Assembly: GCA_018055925.1 (NCBI GenBank)
Contig: JAGPGQ010000001.1
Coordinates: forward strand, 935-64,934
From: Micropruina sp.
Lineage (GTDB): Bacteria > Actinomycetota > Actinomycetes > Propionibacteriales > Propionibacteriaceae
Direction: 5' to 3'
DNA: 64,000 nt
The notes under the pieces are model-generated. The model ran no database searches and was not told the origin of the DNA. It saw only the letters and a list, made by a program, of their open reading frames with translations. This document shows positions 28,151 to 38,434 of this stretch, piece after piece. Numbering within the stretch: position 1 is the first letter of the stretch; each line of letters starts with the position of its first letter. The position numbers and the translations under genes were made by a program.

Positions 28151-29002
28151 ATGTTCGACGAGCTTCGACGGCGCCGGGAGCAGCGCCAGCAGGCCCGCAA
28201 GGCGCGCCAGGCTGAGCCATGGGGTCGACCCCGTCTCTTGGCGATGCTGGTGGGCGCAGGACTCGCGATGGCCGCCCTGGTGGTCGGCCTGGGGCTGATC
28301 GCCTGGTACATCTGGACTGACACGCCGGGAACCGCCGCCGGTGGCGTGCCGGCATCGACGCCGGTGGCGCCGCAAGACGTGGCGAGTGTGCGGGATCGGA
28401 TCGCGGCCGCACCCATGATGAGCGTTGGCCGTGAGGCCGCGTTCACCCCGGACCCTGCCGCGGAGCCAGCGGCGCCGATCCGCGTCCCACAAGCCCGGAC
28501 CGATTTGGGCCCGGCCGATGTACCTACCGGTTTTCCCCAGACTCCGGAGGGCGCGGTCGGCCAGCTGGCTGCGATCGAGCGTGTGGTGCTGGAGACGATG
28601 AGCCTTTCCCTCGCGCAGCAGGTTCACCGGGGGTGGGTACGGCCGGGCGGACCGGGTTTCGGGCAGTGGGAGATGACCCGCAATGTGCAGGCGTTCTTGA
28701 CCGCCGCGCGGCAGGGCGGCGGGGAGAAGGACCTCTCCACGCTGGTCAGCGCCACGCCGGCTGCAGCCATGGTGAAAGGTACCGACGGGCCGGGCTGGGT
28801 GGTGGTGTGCGTCCTGATGGACATCCGCGCAGCGGTCACGGTTGAGGCCCGCATGGGGTATGGCCACTGCGCCCGCATGGAGTGGATCGGCGGACGGTGG
28901 CAGATCGGCACCGGGGCCGCGCCCGCCACAGCCCCCTCGACCTGGCCGGGTTCACGGCTTGCGGCGCAGGCCGGTTGGCTCACCTGGACCGAACGCGGGT
29001 GA
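28151..29002 (+). CDS. Bitopic conjugation protein (possibly VirB8-like)
   Basis: Single TM; VPTGFPQTPEGAVGQL motif typical of actinobacterial T4SS-like clusters. Confidence 0.65.
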   Translation: MFDELRRRREQRQQARKARQAEPWGRPRLLAMLVGAGLAMAALVVGLGLIAWYIWTDTPGTAAGGVPASTPVAPQDVASVRDRIAAAPMMSVGREAAFTPDPAAEPAAPIRVPQARTDLGPADVPTGFPQTPEGAVGQLAAIERVVLETMSLSLAQQVHRGWVRPGGPGFGQWEMTRNVQAFLTAARQGGGEKDLSTLVSATPAAAMVKGTDGPGWVVVCVLMDIRAAVTVEARMGYGHCARMEWIGGRWQIGTGAAPATAPSTWPGSRLAAQAGWLTWTERG

Positions 29003-29006
29003 CCTC

Positions 29007-30515
29007 GTGGGATTCTGGGACGACTTCGGTGACGGGCTGGGCGGCTTCAACCCGTTCGACACGCTCGGTTCCGCAGCAGCCAAGATCGTGGCTGACGGCT
29101 GGATCGCGGCCTGGCTCAGCATCTGGAATGCAGGGCTGTGGCTGCTGCGTCTGGTGCTGTCGTGGAGCGACGCCTGGCTCACCCCGGACCTGAGCGCCAA
29201 CGGTCCCGGCCATGACCTGTATCAGGTCACCTTCTGGATCGCCGGCGTGCTGCTGCTGATCATGGTCATGGTCCAACTTGGCATTGCCGCTTTCCGCCGC
29301 GACGGCAAGGGGCTGGCCCGGGCAGGCATCGGGCTGGGCCAGTTCGCGGTGATCGTGGGTGGCTGGATCGGCTACACGGTCGGCGTCACAGCAGCCTTCA
29401 GCGGCCTGACCAGGGCCACGATGGATTCGCTGATGGGTGTCACCAGTTGGCGCGACTGGGACCTCTTCACGCCCGTCGAGGCCAAGACGGTCACCGAGGG
29501 TGCAGTGGCGGTTCTGCTCGGTTTCCTTGGCCTGCTGGTCTGGCTGGCCGCCATCGGACACCTCGTGATCCTGCTGATCCGCGCGGCCACTTTGATGGTG
29601 CTGGTCGCCACCGGCCCGATCGCCGCCGCCGGACTGGCCTACGACGGCACCCGGGTCTGGTTCTGGAAAACGTTCCGCTGGTTCCACGCTGCGGCCGCGA
29701 CACCGCTGATCGTGGTTCTGGTGAGCGGGGCGGGAATGAAGTTCGCCGAGGGTGTCGTCGCCGGGAAGGCCGGTTCGGTGGAGCAGACGATCGGCACCGC
29801 GGTCCCCGCGATCGTGCTGATCTGCGTGGCGATCGTGTCCCCATTGGCGTTGTTCAAGCTGCTGGCCTTCACCGACCCGGGCACCGCCTCCGGTGCCGCG
29901 ATGCGGGCCGGCTTGGCATCTCTGGGCGGCATGCAAGGTCTCCTTGGCGGAAACCCGACTGCCGGTGTCACCGCCGGCGGGGGCGACACGACCGGCTCGG
30001 ATGGCTCGGCTCGGACAGCGGGCGAGGCGAGCGCTGATGAGGTCACCACCTCGAAGGCGGCCAGCGCGGCGCAAATGGGATCCAGCCTGCTCGGCCCTGC
30101 CGGGATGGCCTTTGCTGCCGGCCTGGGGGCCCTGATGAAGGTCGGATCGGTCGGAGCTTCGGTGATGGCCGACGTCACCAACCAGGAGGGCGTCGGACAC
30201 AACAGCTACCAGCCCGACTACCTCGGCGGTGGACGCGACGGTGCCGCACGCGCCAACCGGGAAGCCAACGGCGACAGTACCAACTCGCCCGACCCGGACA
30301 CCGAGACACCCGATTCGCCACCGCCCGATCCCGGACCGCCGCCCCCTCCGAACCCGCCACCCGCGCCTGCGCCGACGCCCGGGCCGGATGGCGCGCCGGG
30401 ACTCCCGGCCGGCTGTGGCTCGCCAGGCGGCGGTGCCGGCGGGTCTGGTGGCAGTGGCGGTGCGGGTGCCGCGGCAGGAACGGAGGCGGCTGAGGCTGCC
30501 GTGGTGGTGCTGTGA
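29007..30515 (+). CDS. VirB6/TrbL-like polytopic membrane protein
   Basis: Multiple TMs followed by a Gly/Pro-rich tail; precedes the PrgI- and VirB4-like genes. Confidence 0.8.
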   Translation: MGFWDDFGDGLGGFNPFDTLGSAAAKIVADGWIAAWLSIWNAGLWLLRLVLSWSDAWLTPDLSANGPGHDLYQVTFWIAGVLLLIMVMVQLGIAAFRRDGKGLARAGIGLGQFAVIVGGWIGYTVGVTAAFSGLTRATMDSLMGVTSWRDWDLFTPVEAKTVTEGAVAVLLGFLGLLVWLAAIGHLVILLIRAATLMVLVATGPIAAAGLAYDGTRVWFWKTFRWFHAAAATPLIVVLVSGAGMKFAEGVVAGKAGSVEQTIGTAVPAIVLICVAIVSPLALFKLLAFTDPGTASGAAMRAGLASLGGMQGLLGGNPTAGVTAGGGDTTGSDGSARTAGEASADEVTTSKAASAAQMGSSLLGPAGMAFAAGLGALMKVGSVGASVMADVTNQEGVGHNSYQPDYLGGGRDGAARANREANGDSTNSPDPDTETPDSPPPDPGPPPPPNPPPAPAPTPGPDGAPGLPAGCGSPGGGAGGSGGSGGAGAAAGTEAAEAAVVVL

Positions 30516-30537
30516 CGACGAGCGTTGAGGAGGTCTG

Positions 30538-32049
30538 GTGATGGCGGCGGTGTTCAGCGACTACACCCGCGACCGGGTGGGTCTGTTCTTCGGAGTCACC
30601 GGGCTGCAGCTCGGGCTGGTCGTGGCCGGCTCCCTGCCGGTGATCTGGGCCATGAATCGGGAACGCTGGTCACTGCTGTTCATGCTGGCGGTGTCGTGGG
30701 CGGTGTGGACGGCCCTGGTGGTGATCCCGATCCGGGGACGCTCCGCAACGGGTTGGCTACTGGCGACGCTGGCGTTCGCCGCAGGCACGGTACTGGGTTG
30801 GACCAGTTGGCGCTCCCGGGCGTCGCGGGGGCGTGCCGGGAAGATCGACGAGCCTGACCTACCCGGTGTATTGACCGGAGTCAGGGTCCATGACGGACCC
30901 CCGCAGGGTGTCACCAACACTCGGGTTGCTCTCATCCAGGATCACGCTGCCCGCACTTGGGCAGTGACGGCGGCCCTGGTTCATCCCGGTCTGGCGCTGG
31001 CCGACCATGTCGAGCGCGACGCGCTGGGCAAGGGACTAACCGAGCTGCTCAACGCTTGCGCCCGCACCGAGCTGATCAGCGAGGTTGCCTTCATGGTGCG
31101 TTCGGTGCCTGACGACGGCGCCGAACGCGAACGGTGGATGGCATCCCATACCCGGCCGGACGCGCCGCTGCTGTCACGCATCGTGAACACGGAGTTGGCG
31201 GCAAGCCTCAGCAGCGCCAGCATCCGCACCGAGGCGTTCGTCACGCTGGTGGTGCCGGAATCCCGACTGGCGAAGGAAGCCAAAGAGTTCGGCGGCAACG
31301 TCGACGGTCGCGCCAGGGCGATGCACATGCTGATGAGTGAGGTCTCCGGCCATCTACTCACCGGCATGCGGGCAGTGAGCGTGGACTGGCTGACCTCACC
31401 CGAATTGGCAGCTGCCGTGCGTACGGGTTTCGCGCCGGCGGATCGGGCCGGCATCGTGGAGGCGCTGGCTGCCCGGGAGACCGACAGCGGCGTCAACGCC
31501 GACGTCCCCTGGTCGCAGGCCGGCTCTGCCGGCGCGCAGCTGGCGGCTCGCCACTATCGCCACGATGCCTGGTGGTCGATCGCCTCCACCCTGCAGCTGC
31601 CGGCCAAAGGCGCCCAGATGGGTGCCCTGGCGCCGGTGCTGCGACCCACTGAACCCGGTGAGCGTCGTTCCATGGTCGTCGTCTATCCGATCGTGCCGGC
31701 ATCGCGGGCAGACAGGCAGACGATGAGCGGCGAGTGGAAGGCCGACATCGCTGAAAACCTACGGATCCAGGCGAAGATCAAGCCGCGCGCCAAGGAGCGG
31801 GTGGATGCCGCGCAAACCCGAAGCCTGGACGCGAAACTGGCCACCGGTCACGCGTTGCTGCGGCCCTACGCGGTGGCGTGCGTAACGGTGCCGCTCACCG
31901 CCGACATCGCCGAACACGGCCGCCGACTCGACGGGTCAATCCGACGTTCGGGCTTCGCTCCGCTGCGACTCGACCCAGTCCACGACGCCGGCTTCGCAGT
32001 CGCGAATCTGCCGCTCGGTGTCGGGCTCGACCATCGGGGCCGATCATGA
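30538..32049 (+). CDS. SCO6880-family (PrgI/VirB3-like) conjugation protein
   Basis: YTRDRVGLFFG start, two TMs, C-terminal LPLGVG. Confidence 0.8.
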   Translation: MMAAVFSDYTRDRVGLFFGVTGLQLGLVVAGSLPVIWAMNRERWSLLFMLAVSWAVWTALVVIPIRGRSATGWLLATLAFAAGTVLGWTSWRSRASRGRAGKIDEPDLPGVLTGVRVHDGPPQGVTNTRVALIQDHAARTWAVTAALVHPGLALADHVERDALGKGLTELLNACARTELISEVAFMVRSVPDDGAERERWMASHTRPDAPLLSRIVNTELAASLSSASIRTEAFVTLVVPESRLAKEAKEFGGNVDGRARAMHMLMSEVSGHLLTGMRAVSVDWLTSPELAAAVRTGFAPADRAGIVEALAARETDSGVNADVPWSQAGSAGAQLAARHYRHDAWWSIASTLQLPAKGAQMGALAPVLRPTEPGERRSMVVVYPIVPASRADRQTMSGEWKADIAENLRIQAKIKPRAKERVDAAQTRSLDAKLATGHALLRPYAVACVTVPLTADIAEHGRRLDGSIRRSGFAPLRLDPVHDAGFAVANLPLGVGLDHRGRS

Positions 32050-33554
32050 GCCGCGCCACCCGCACCGGCAGGGGCGTGGAGCGGTTGATGACCGACTTCG
32101 GCCACGAGCTGCCCCGACGACCCGGCCCGGCCACCCAGCCTTCGCAGCCACGCCTGTTCACCCCCATGCCAGCACGAGGACGACCTGCCCGCGAGCAGGG
32201 CTGGAGCCCGGCCTCGGCCCCGGTCTCGGTGTGGCGAATGACCAGCGATCAGGCTCCCGTGCTGTGGCCCTTCATCACCGGTAGGGCGCTGCCGGCCTCG
32301 GGCGCGCAGATGGGTATCGACATGCTGTCAGGGACCAGCTTCTTCGCCGATCCCAACGGCTGGGTGCTCGACGAGGCCATCCCGGTCAGCAACCCGAACA
32401 TGTTCTTCTACGGCGCTCCCGGCATGGGTAAGTCAGGAAGCGTCAAAGGATTCGCATCGCGAATGATCTCCTTCGGTTACCGGATCCTGGTGCTTGGTGA
32501 CGCCAAAGATGAGTACGAGGCGCTGTGCCGGGCCTTCGCCGTGGAACCGATCGCGATCGGCCAGGGCCTGACTGCTCGGGTCAATCCGCTGGAGTTCGGC
32601 CCCTTGAAGTACGGCTGGGAGGGCCTGTCGGCTGAAGAGGCCCGCAAACGTGCAGCGATCGTGTTCAGCCGCTGGCTGACACTGATCCGCGGCCTGGTCG
32701 GCTCACAAAAGATCGGCCAAGCCCCGGTCCCGTTCGGGCCGAGCGAAGAGGCCGTGGTGCAGGCGGCCCTGCGTCGCCTCACGGGCTACAGCGACGGCAG
32801 AACCACTCTCACTGAGACCACCATCCCGCTGCTGTGGCACCTGCTCGCCAACCCATCGCGGGAACTCGTCGAGGAATGCCGCTACGGCTCGGAACGCCAG
32901 TTCCTCGACCAGACCCGGCTGCTTCGCGACGCCCTCGGCAAACTCGTCGGCGGCACCCTCAAAGGCCTTTTCGACGACTTCACCACCATCAGCCTGGACT
33001 GGACGGCCCCCATCCAATCTCTGTCGCTGTCCCGCCTGGAAGGACTGGGCGACGAAGCGACCGGCATGGCCCTGCTCGTACTCAACAGTTGGGGGCGCGC
33101 CATGCGCGAACTCGCCCCCGCCGGGGACATGCGGATCGTGATCCGCGATGAGGCTTGGAAAGTGATGCGGCTGGGCGTGGACGCAGTGAAGAGCCTGGAC
33201 GCAGACTTCCGGCTGTCGCGGCGTGACGGGGACGTGCAGGTGGCAGTTGCGCACAAGCCTGATGACACCAGCAGTGTGGGCGACGTCGGATCGCAAGCAG
33301 CGCAGATCGCGAAAGATCTCGTCCATCTCGCCGACACCAAGGTCCTGCACGGCCAGGACCGGGAGATCGGCCACCAACTCGGCGACCTGCTCGGCCTGAA
33401 CGACATCGTCGTCGACTGGGTCACGGGCTGGTGCCGACAGTCGCCCGGCCGGGCCGTCTGGCTGGTCGGCGATCTCGTGTTCCGCGTCCGAACCATCCTG
33501 CATCCGATCGAGAAGCAGCTCGCGTGGACCAACACAGCCCTGGAAAGGGCCTGA
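32046..33554 (+). CDS. VirB4-like conjugation ATPase
   Basis: Walker A GAPGMGKS; DAKDEY; Walker B IVIRDEAW. Confidence 0.88.
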   Translation: MSRATRTGRGVERLMTDFGHELPRRPGPATQPSQPRLFTPMPARGRPAREQGWSPASAPVSVWRMTSDQAPVLWPFITGRALPASGAQMGIDMLSGTSFFADPNGWVLDEAIPVSNPNMFFYGAPGMGKSGSVKGFASRMISFGYRILVLGDAKDEYEALCRAFAVEPIAIGQGLTARVNPLEFGPLKYGWEGLSAEEARKRAAIVFSRWLTLIRGLVGSQKIGQAPVPFGPSEEAVVQAALRRLTGYSDGRTTLTETTIPLLWHLLANPSRELVEECRYGSERQFLDQTRLLRDALGKLVGGTLKGLFDDFTTISLDWTAPIQSLSLSRLEGLGDEATGMALLVLNSWGRAMRELAPAGDMRIVIRDEAWKVMRLGVDAVKSLDADFRLSRRDGDVQVAVAHKPDDTSSVGDVGSQAAQIAKDLVHLADTKVLHGQDREIGHQLGDLLGLNDIVVDWVTGWCRQSPGRAVWLVGDLVFRVRTILHPIEKQLAWTNTALERA

Positions 33555-33625
33555 CATGACGAGGCCTCCTCGCCGAGTCCAGGGCCGGCGTCGGTAGCCA
33601 ACCAGATCTACAGGACGGAGCAAGC

Positions 33626-34213
33626 GTGTTGAGCGAACAGTACTGGAAGAGCGAGGCCTACCCGGGGGCAGGCGAAACCATGCGGGAGGTGGTCCTCAGC
33701 CCCACCCTGCATGCCGTCGCCATCCGCAGCGATGACCGAATCTGCGGAGGTGTTGTCGTACCGACTCAGGGTTCGTTCGGGCTGTCGCTGATGTCCAAGC
33801 CGCCGGGGGAGTGGCAGTGGACCGGCGTTGACAGAGCGGAGGTCGAGTTGATCAGGCAGCCCTCCGGCGAGGTGCGGTGCGATCTGCTTCCGACACGCCG
33901 CCATGATGTCCGTCAACCGGTGGGTGACGCTGGGGCTGCGGACGCACTGGGGTTGGATCTGCGCACCTGGTTGTCGGTACGCGCAATTGTCGAGACCGGA
34001 CTAGGCGCTGCTGCGGCGATGACATATAGGGCAGCCGAGCGCGCAGTGGACTATCCCCCTCGGGTCAATCCCCAGGACGTTGCACGCAGGTTCGCCGAAC
34101 TGTTGGACCCGGCCGCCCCGCATTGGGAAGTCGTGAGCAGTCAAACTGACAGTCGACCCAGGTCCCCCTCACTTGCTGCCCCGCGCGGCTGGCCGCTCGG
34201 CCCTTCCCTCTAG
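33626..34213 (+). CDS. Hypothetical protein (195 aa) with WEVV...GPSL tail
   Basis: Co-oriented ORF inside the tra operon; shared C-terminal motif. Confidence 0.65.
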   Translation: MLSEQYWKSEAYPGAGETMREVVLSPTLHAVAIRSDDRICGGVVVPTQGSFGLSLMSKPPGEWQWTGVDRAEVELIRQPSGEVRCDLLPTRRHDVRQPVGDAGAADALGLDLRTWLSVRAIVETGLGAAAAMTYRAAERAVDYPPRVNPQDVARRFAELLDPAAPHWEVVSSQTDSRPRSPSLAAPRGWPLGPSL

Positions 34214-34409
34214 GCCTGGTCGTGCTGATGGAGATGAGGATTCAGAGGAACCCGTGCCGAGTGAGGAGAGCCTCGGTCCAGGTGCCGAGCGGCGCGATGC
34301 CTACCCGTGCCGCCGAACTGCACCCAAATGCGGTTGGCCGGGTCAGTCAGCCTGGCACGTGGCTGGCGGCCCGGCGGATTCGAGCGCGCAGGAACGGTGG
34401 TGAGCAGCC

Positions 34410-35513
34410 GTGAAGGGACTGTGTGTACTGCTGGGGCTGGTGTTGATCACGATCGTGGCTGTCCCGATCGGGCTGGTCATGTTCACGGCCGTCCTGCTAG
34501 CTCCGGCGATCACCGAGCAGATCCGGCTCGACCCCTGCTCCGCCTACGACACCACCACACGCCAGTCGGCCACCACAACGCACCTCGCGACCGGCCGAAG
34601 CCGCACCATGGCCATGTTCGAACTGCCGCCGTGGGGGACACCCCGGCACCAATCGCTCCGAAGCCCAGCCCAGGCGATCCCTGGACCAGTCAAGAAGCTG
34701 TACCTGGCCGCCGCCACCCGCTATCGAATCCCCTGGCAACTGCTGGCTGCGATCGGCATGGCTGAGACCCGCCACGGCCGTGCCAAGGCCGTCAGCTCGG
34801 CAGGCGCGAGAGGGCTGATGCAGTTCATGCCGGCAACCTTCGCCCAGTACGGCGTCGACGGCAATCACGACGGCCACATCCAGATCAACAACGATGCCGA
34901 CAGTGTCTTCTCAGCTGGCCGATACCTGGTCGCCTCCGGAGTGCGGAACGGTCAGGCCGGCGTCATCCGGGCGCTCTGGGCCTACAACAGGTCCACCACC
35001 TATCGCAATGATGTCTTGTACTACGCGCACATCTATTCCGGCACCGGTGGCGTGGTGACCCTCAGCGATGACAGCGAGACCTGTCTACCTTCCGATGACA
35101 GTGTTCCGGGGGTCAGCGGCGGCGACTGCCCTCGATCTGGCTCGCCGGCCGAGCGCGGTCTGCAGCCGAGCGCGCTGCACGGCCTGCGGTGTGTGAAGGC
35201 AGCCTTCCCGGCCATCGTGTCGATGGGTGGCAAGGGCGGACGCCCGATCGGAACCTCCGACCATCCCAAAGGCCTCGCCGTGGACTTCATGATCCCGCGA
35301 TGGAGCACCAGCAGCGGGCGTGCGTTCGGCTGGAAAGTGGCCCGCTGGGTTACCGCTCACGCCAAGCAACTGCGCGTGAAGTACGTCATCTGGGATCGGC
35401 GCAAGTGGAACCCGGCCGTGAACACCACCTGGCGGCCCTACCGCCACCCCCTGGGCAACACCAACGCGACGTTGAGCCATCGCGACCACGTCCACGTCAG
35501 CTTCCACCGCTGA
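34410..35513 (+). CDS. Lytic transglycosylase with C-terminal M15-like metallopeptidase domain (VirB1 role)
   Basis: AIGMAET...SSAGARGLMQFMPATF...AYN; C-terminal SDHPKGLAVD...HRDHVHVS. Confidence 0.85.
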   Translation: MKGLCVLLGLVLITIVAVPIGLVMFTAVLLAPAITEQIRLDPCSAYDTTTRQSATTTHLATGRSRTMAMFELPPWGTPRHQSLRSPAQAIPGPVKKLYLAAATRYRIPWQLLAAIGMAETRHGRAKAVSSAGARGLMQFMPATFAQYGVDGNHDGHIQINNDADSVFSAGRYLVASGVRNGQAGVIRALWAYNRSTTYRNDVLYYAHIYSGTGGVVTLSDDSETCLPSDDSVPGVSGGDCPRSGSPAERGLQPSALHGLRCVKAAFPAIVSMGGKGGRPIGTSDHPKGLAVDFMIPRWSTSSGRAFGWKVARWVTAHAKQLRVKYVIWDRRKWNPAVNTTWRPYRHPLGNTNATLSHRDHVHVSFHR

Positions 35514-35541
35514 CGGGGCAGCGATCAGAAGGAGGATCATC

Positions 35542-36033
35542 ATGCTGCAGACGAACCGCCGCCGGGACCCCTACCCATACACCTGGGAGATCCCGGTAGG
35601 CATAGCCACCGCTGTTCTGCTGCTGCTCATCCTGGCCGTGCACACCGGTAGAGGACTGGCCTGCTGGTTCGCCGGCGCTGGCTGGGCATGGCCCTCGAGC
35701 CAAACCTTGTTCACCAGCCTGCCCGACCTGCTCACCGGCAATGCCGGCGCCGGCCTGGCCGACCCGACGCACGCATCGCTGGTGTCGTCGACCGCCCTAA
35801 TAGGCTGGATCCTCACCGTTCAGATCGTCACCTTCGCCGCCGGGATCGCCGCAACCGGCTGGATCCTGCGCCGCTGGGGGCCACACCGGATGAAGGGAAT
35901 GGCAAGCCCAACCGAGGCAGAACAACTGCTCGGAATCAGCCAGCTCCGCAAAGCCGCTGCTGTCATCCGACCCGACCTCTACACACCAACTCGGAAAGGC
36001 CGCAGCCATGGCGGCTACCACCCGGCACCCTGA
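35542..36033 (+). CDS. Two-TM protein resembling the N-terminal anchor of coupling proteins
   Basis: RBS GAAGGAGG; two TMs, then GMASPTEAEQLLG...IRPDL. Confidence 0.75.
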   Translation: MLQTNRRRDPYPYTWEIPVGIATAVLLLLILAVHTGRGLACWFAGAGWAWPSSQTLFTSLPDLLTGNAGAGLADPTHASLVSSTALIGWILTVQIVTFAAGIAATGWILRRWGPHRMKGMASPTEAEQLLGISQLRKAAAVIRPDLYTPTRKGRSHGGYHPAP

Positions 36034-36126
36034 CCTCCGCACGCCAACCCAACGGCGACGAGCAGCCGCCACGACCAATACTGAGCGCGGCCATCGAGCT
36101 GCCCCAACGGCGACGTCAGGCCGGTC

Positions 36127-37149
36127 GTGACCGAACAAGACCACATCGACGGCTACCGGGAGTGGTTCCTGTCCGGCGAAGAGTTGGACGCGACGAGGAC
36201 CAAGATCGCCGCGCTGAACCGGCGCGCCGTAAGGCGCGGCTTCACCGGCCGGATCAAGGTGGAGGCGCGGCCCGCCACCCGCTCCCACGTACCCGCTCAG
36301 GGTGCCCCCACCGTCACCGAGCATGGGTTCGCGGTCACGATCAGCGGTGAACCACCCTGCTACAGCGGGTGGCGCTTCATCGCGGCCGCCGACATCATTC
36401 CACAACGACCGGCCACCGCAGCGGACCAACCAGCCGGTGCGGCAGCCGACAGCCCCGGCATCGCGGCCGGCGCGCCGCGGGTCGTGCTGCGCTACGCACC
36501 CGGTGCGGACCCGATAGACAACGCGACGGTCCGGCCGGGGGAGTGCGACCACTGCCACACCATGCTGGCGCGCGGAACCACCTTCCTGGTGCAGCACGAG
36601 CGGAGCGGTGAACTCCGACAGGTCGGCCGGTCCTGCTTGAAGGACTTCCTCGGGCACACCGCGTTGCCTGTGTTCATCGACGCGGACCAGATCGCCGACC
36701 AGGTCGAGCGCAGAATGCGCGAAGCGCCGCAGGCCGCAGCCTGGGATCTGCACTCCGTGCTCACCTACGCCTGGGCCACCGTTGAAACCCACGGCTGGGC
36801 ACCCGCCTCCAGTCCACACTCAACTCGCGATCTGGTGGCACAGGCTCTCGCGGGCGGACCACACAGTACGGAGGTGTTGGCCAGCATCAGGCCAAAGCTG
36901 GGCAGACGACATCCACCGCGGCGAGCCCCTCATCGTCATCGCCACGGTCAAGGCCCACATCGACTACCACGGCGTTCCCAGACCGTGCTCGTTCGCCCCA
37001 AACGCCAGGACCATCCACAGGTCGCCGACCCGCACCCAGCTCCGGCCGGCCCCGCCTGGGAGCAGGTGCGGCAAGTGCCGCCTCAAGCCCGGTTTCAAAC
37101 GGCTCCATTGGCGTCTGGCCCGCCGCCAACGCCGGGCCTAGCCGTCTAG
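36127..37149 (+). CDS. Hypothetical Zn-finger-like protein, internally frameshifted
   Basis: CDHC...QVGRSCLKDFLG; the OB-like segment ATVKAHIDYHGVP lies out of frame at about 36900-36980. Confidence 0.65.
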   Translation: MTEQDHIDGYREWFLSGEELDATRTKIAALNRRAVRRGFTGRIKVEARPATRSHVPAQGAPTVTEHGFAVTISGEPPCYSGWRFIAAADIIPQRPATAADQPAGAAADSPGIAAGAPRVVLRYAPGADPIDNATVRPGECDHCHTMLARGTTFLVQHERSGELRQVGRSCLKDFLGHTALPVFIDADQIADQVERRMREAPQAAAWDLHSVLTYAWATVETHGWAPASSPHSTRDLVAQALAGGPHSTEVLASIRPKLGRRHPPRRAPHRHRHGQGPHRLPRRSQTVLVRPKRQDHPQVADPHPAPAGPAWEQVRQVPPQARFQTAPLASGPPPTPGLAV

Positions 37150-37307
37150 CCACCCATCCCCGAGAGGACCAACCGCCATGGCAACCACCATCAACAATCA
37201 GCCGAGCCGCTCACCGGTCACCTCCCGCACGAGCAACTACCTGGTGGGCAACGGCCATCGCCGCACGACTTCACCATCCGCACCGATCTCGTCGCAAGGA
37301 GGACACC

Positions 37308-38393
37308 ATGAGTGAACCGACACCCCCGGAGCTGCATGTCCGAAACCTGGGCGATCTGGCCGAACTCGTGCCGTATCTGGTCGGCTTCGAACCTCGGGAT
37401 TCCCTCGTCGCGCTGGTCATCGACCGCGGCCACGTCGCGGTCACGGCCAGGTTCGATCTCGCCGACGCCGGCCAGCCCGGAGGGATCCAGAACATCCTGG
37501 GTCGCCTACTCGCCCGCTATCCCCAAACACCCGGCGTCTACCTGATGGCCTATACCGACAACGCCCAGACCGGCTGGGACCTCCTACAACGGGGACAACA
37601 GCACCTGGGATCGAAGTGGGCGAACTCGATGCTGATCAACGGGGACACCTGGTACGCACCAGGCGGCGCCACCGGCGCAGTGAACCGCAGTGGTCCGCTC
37701 GCCGCAGAGGCCACATTCCACGGTTTACAGCGACGCGACAGCCGCCGGGCGGTTGAAGCCGACCTCGCCAGCCCACCAGACACCCCAGCCATGCTCGCCC
37801 AGCTGGAGGCCGCTACCGACGCCCTGGCCGACCTGCCGCAAACCGCGGACATTGCCACCCTGATCGACCGATCACAAGCCTTGCTGAACAGCCACCTCAG
37901 CCACCCCGAACGGCTGGCCATCCCTGATGCCATCGAGATGGCGATCCTGACCCTCCACAACGACGTCCGCGACGCCGCACTGCTATCGATCACTAGCGCC
38001 AGCGCCGAACAGCACAGCAAGCTGTGGACCACAGTCGTGCAGCGCACACCAGCCGTCACCGCCGAGGCCCCGCTGTTCCTCGCAGGGATGGCGTCATGGA
38101 TCAACGGCGACGGAGCCCGCGCCGCCGTCGCCCTGCAACGTCTGGAAGCCGAACCACGACCGCTACTCATCGGCTCTCAACGCAGGCTCGCCGAGATCAT
38201 CGACGACGTCATCCCACCCCAGGTGTGGGACATCGCGCGACACCGAGGACTCCTCGGCGCCCACCCTGCCGCACGTGCAGCCGCCATCCGCACCGCAGGG
38301 AGCTGGGAGACCGTCACCCCACCGCAGCCCACCGACAGGCCGGACCCACGTGGCCCCAGCCAGGAGCCGCGACGACTCGGGCCATCCATCTAG
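37308..38393 (+). CDS. DUF4192-like protein
   Basis: DLAELVPYLVGFEPRDSLV; VRDAAL; ASWINGDGARAAVAL; RBS AAGGAGG. Confidence 0.82.
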   Translation: MSEPTPPELHVRNLGDLAELVPYLVGFEPRDSLVALVIDRGHVAVTARFDLADAGQPGGIQNILGRLLARYPQTPGVYLMAYTDNAQTGWDLLQRGQQHLGSKWANSMLINGDTWYAPGGATGAVNRSGPLAAEATFHGLQRRDSRRAVEADLASPPDTPAMLAQLEAATDALADLPQTADIATLIDRSQALLNSHLSHPERLAIPDAIEMAILTLHNDVRDAALLSITSASAEQHSKLWTTVVQRTPAVTAEAPLFLAGMASWINGDGARAAVALQRLEAEPRPLLIGSQRRLAEIIDDVIPPQVWDIARHRGLLGAHPAARAAAIRTAGSWETVTPPQPTDRPDPRGPSQEPRRLGPSI

Positions 38394-38434
38394 ACATCGA
38401 CAAACGACTGCCCGTGCGGCGAAAGGGAGACGAG

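Noticed and set aside
28980-30200. Long antisense or alternate-frame ORFs (also 1355-2587, 32703-33623, 50421-51761)
   Set aside because: Shadow ORFs expected in high-GC coding DNA; they overlap well-supported genes.
30290-30500. Repetitive CCG/GGC-rich tract
   Set aside because: Encodes the Pro/Gly tail of the VirB6-like protein; not a DNA repeat array.
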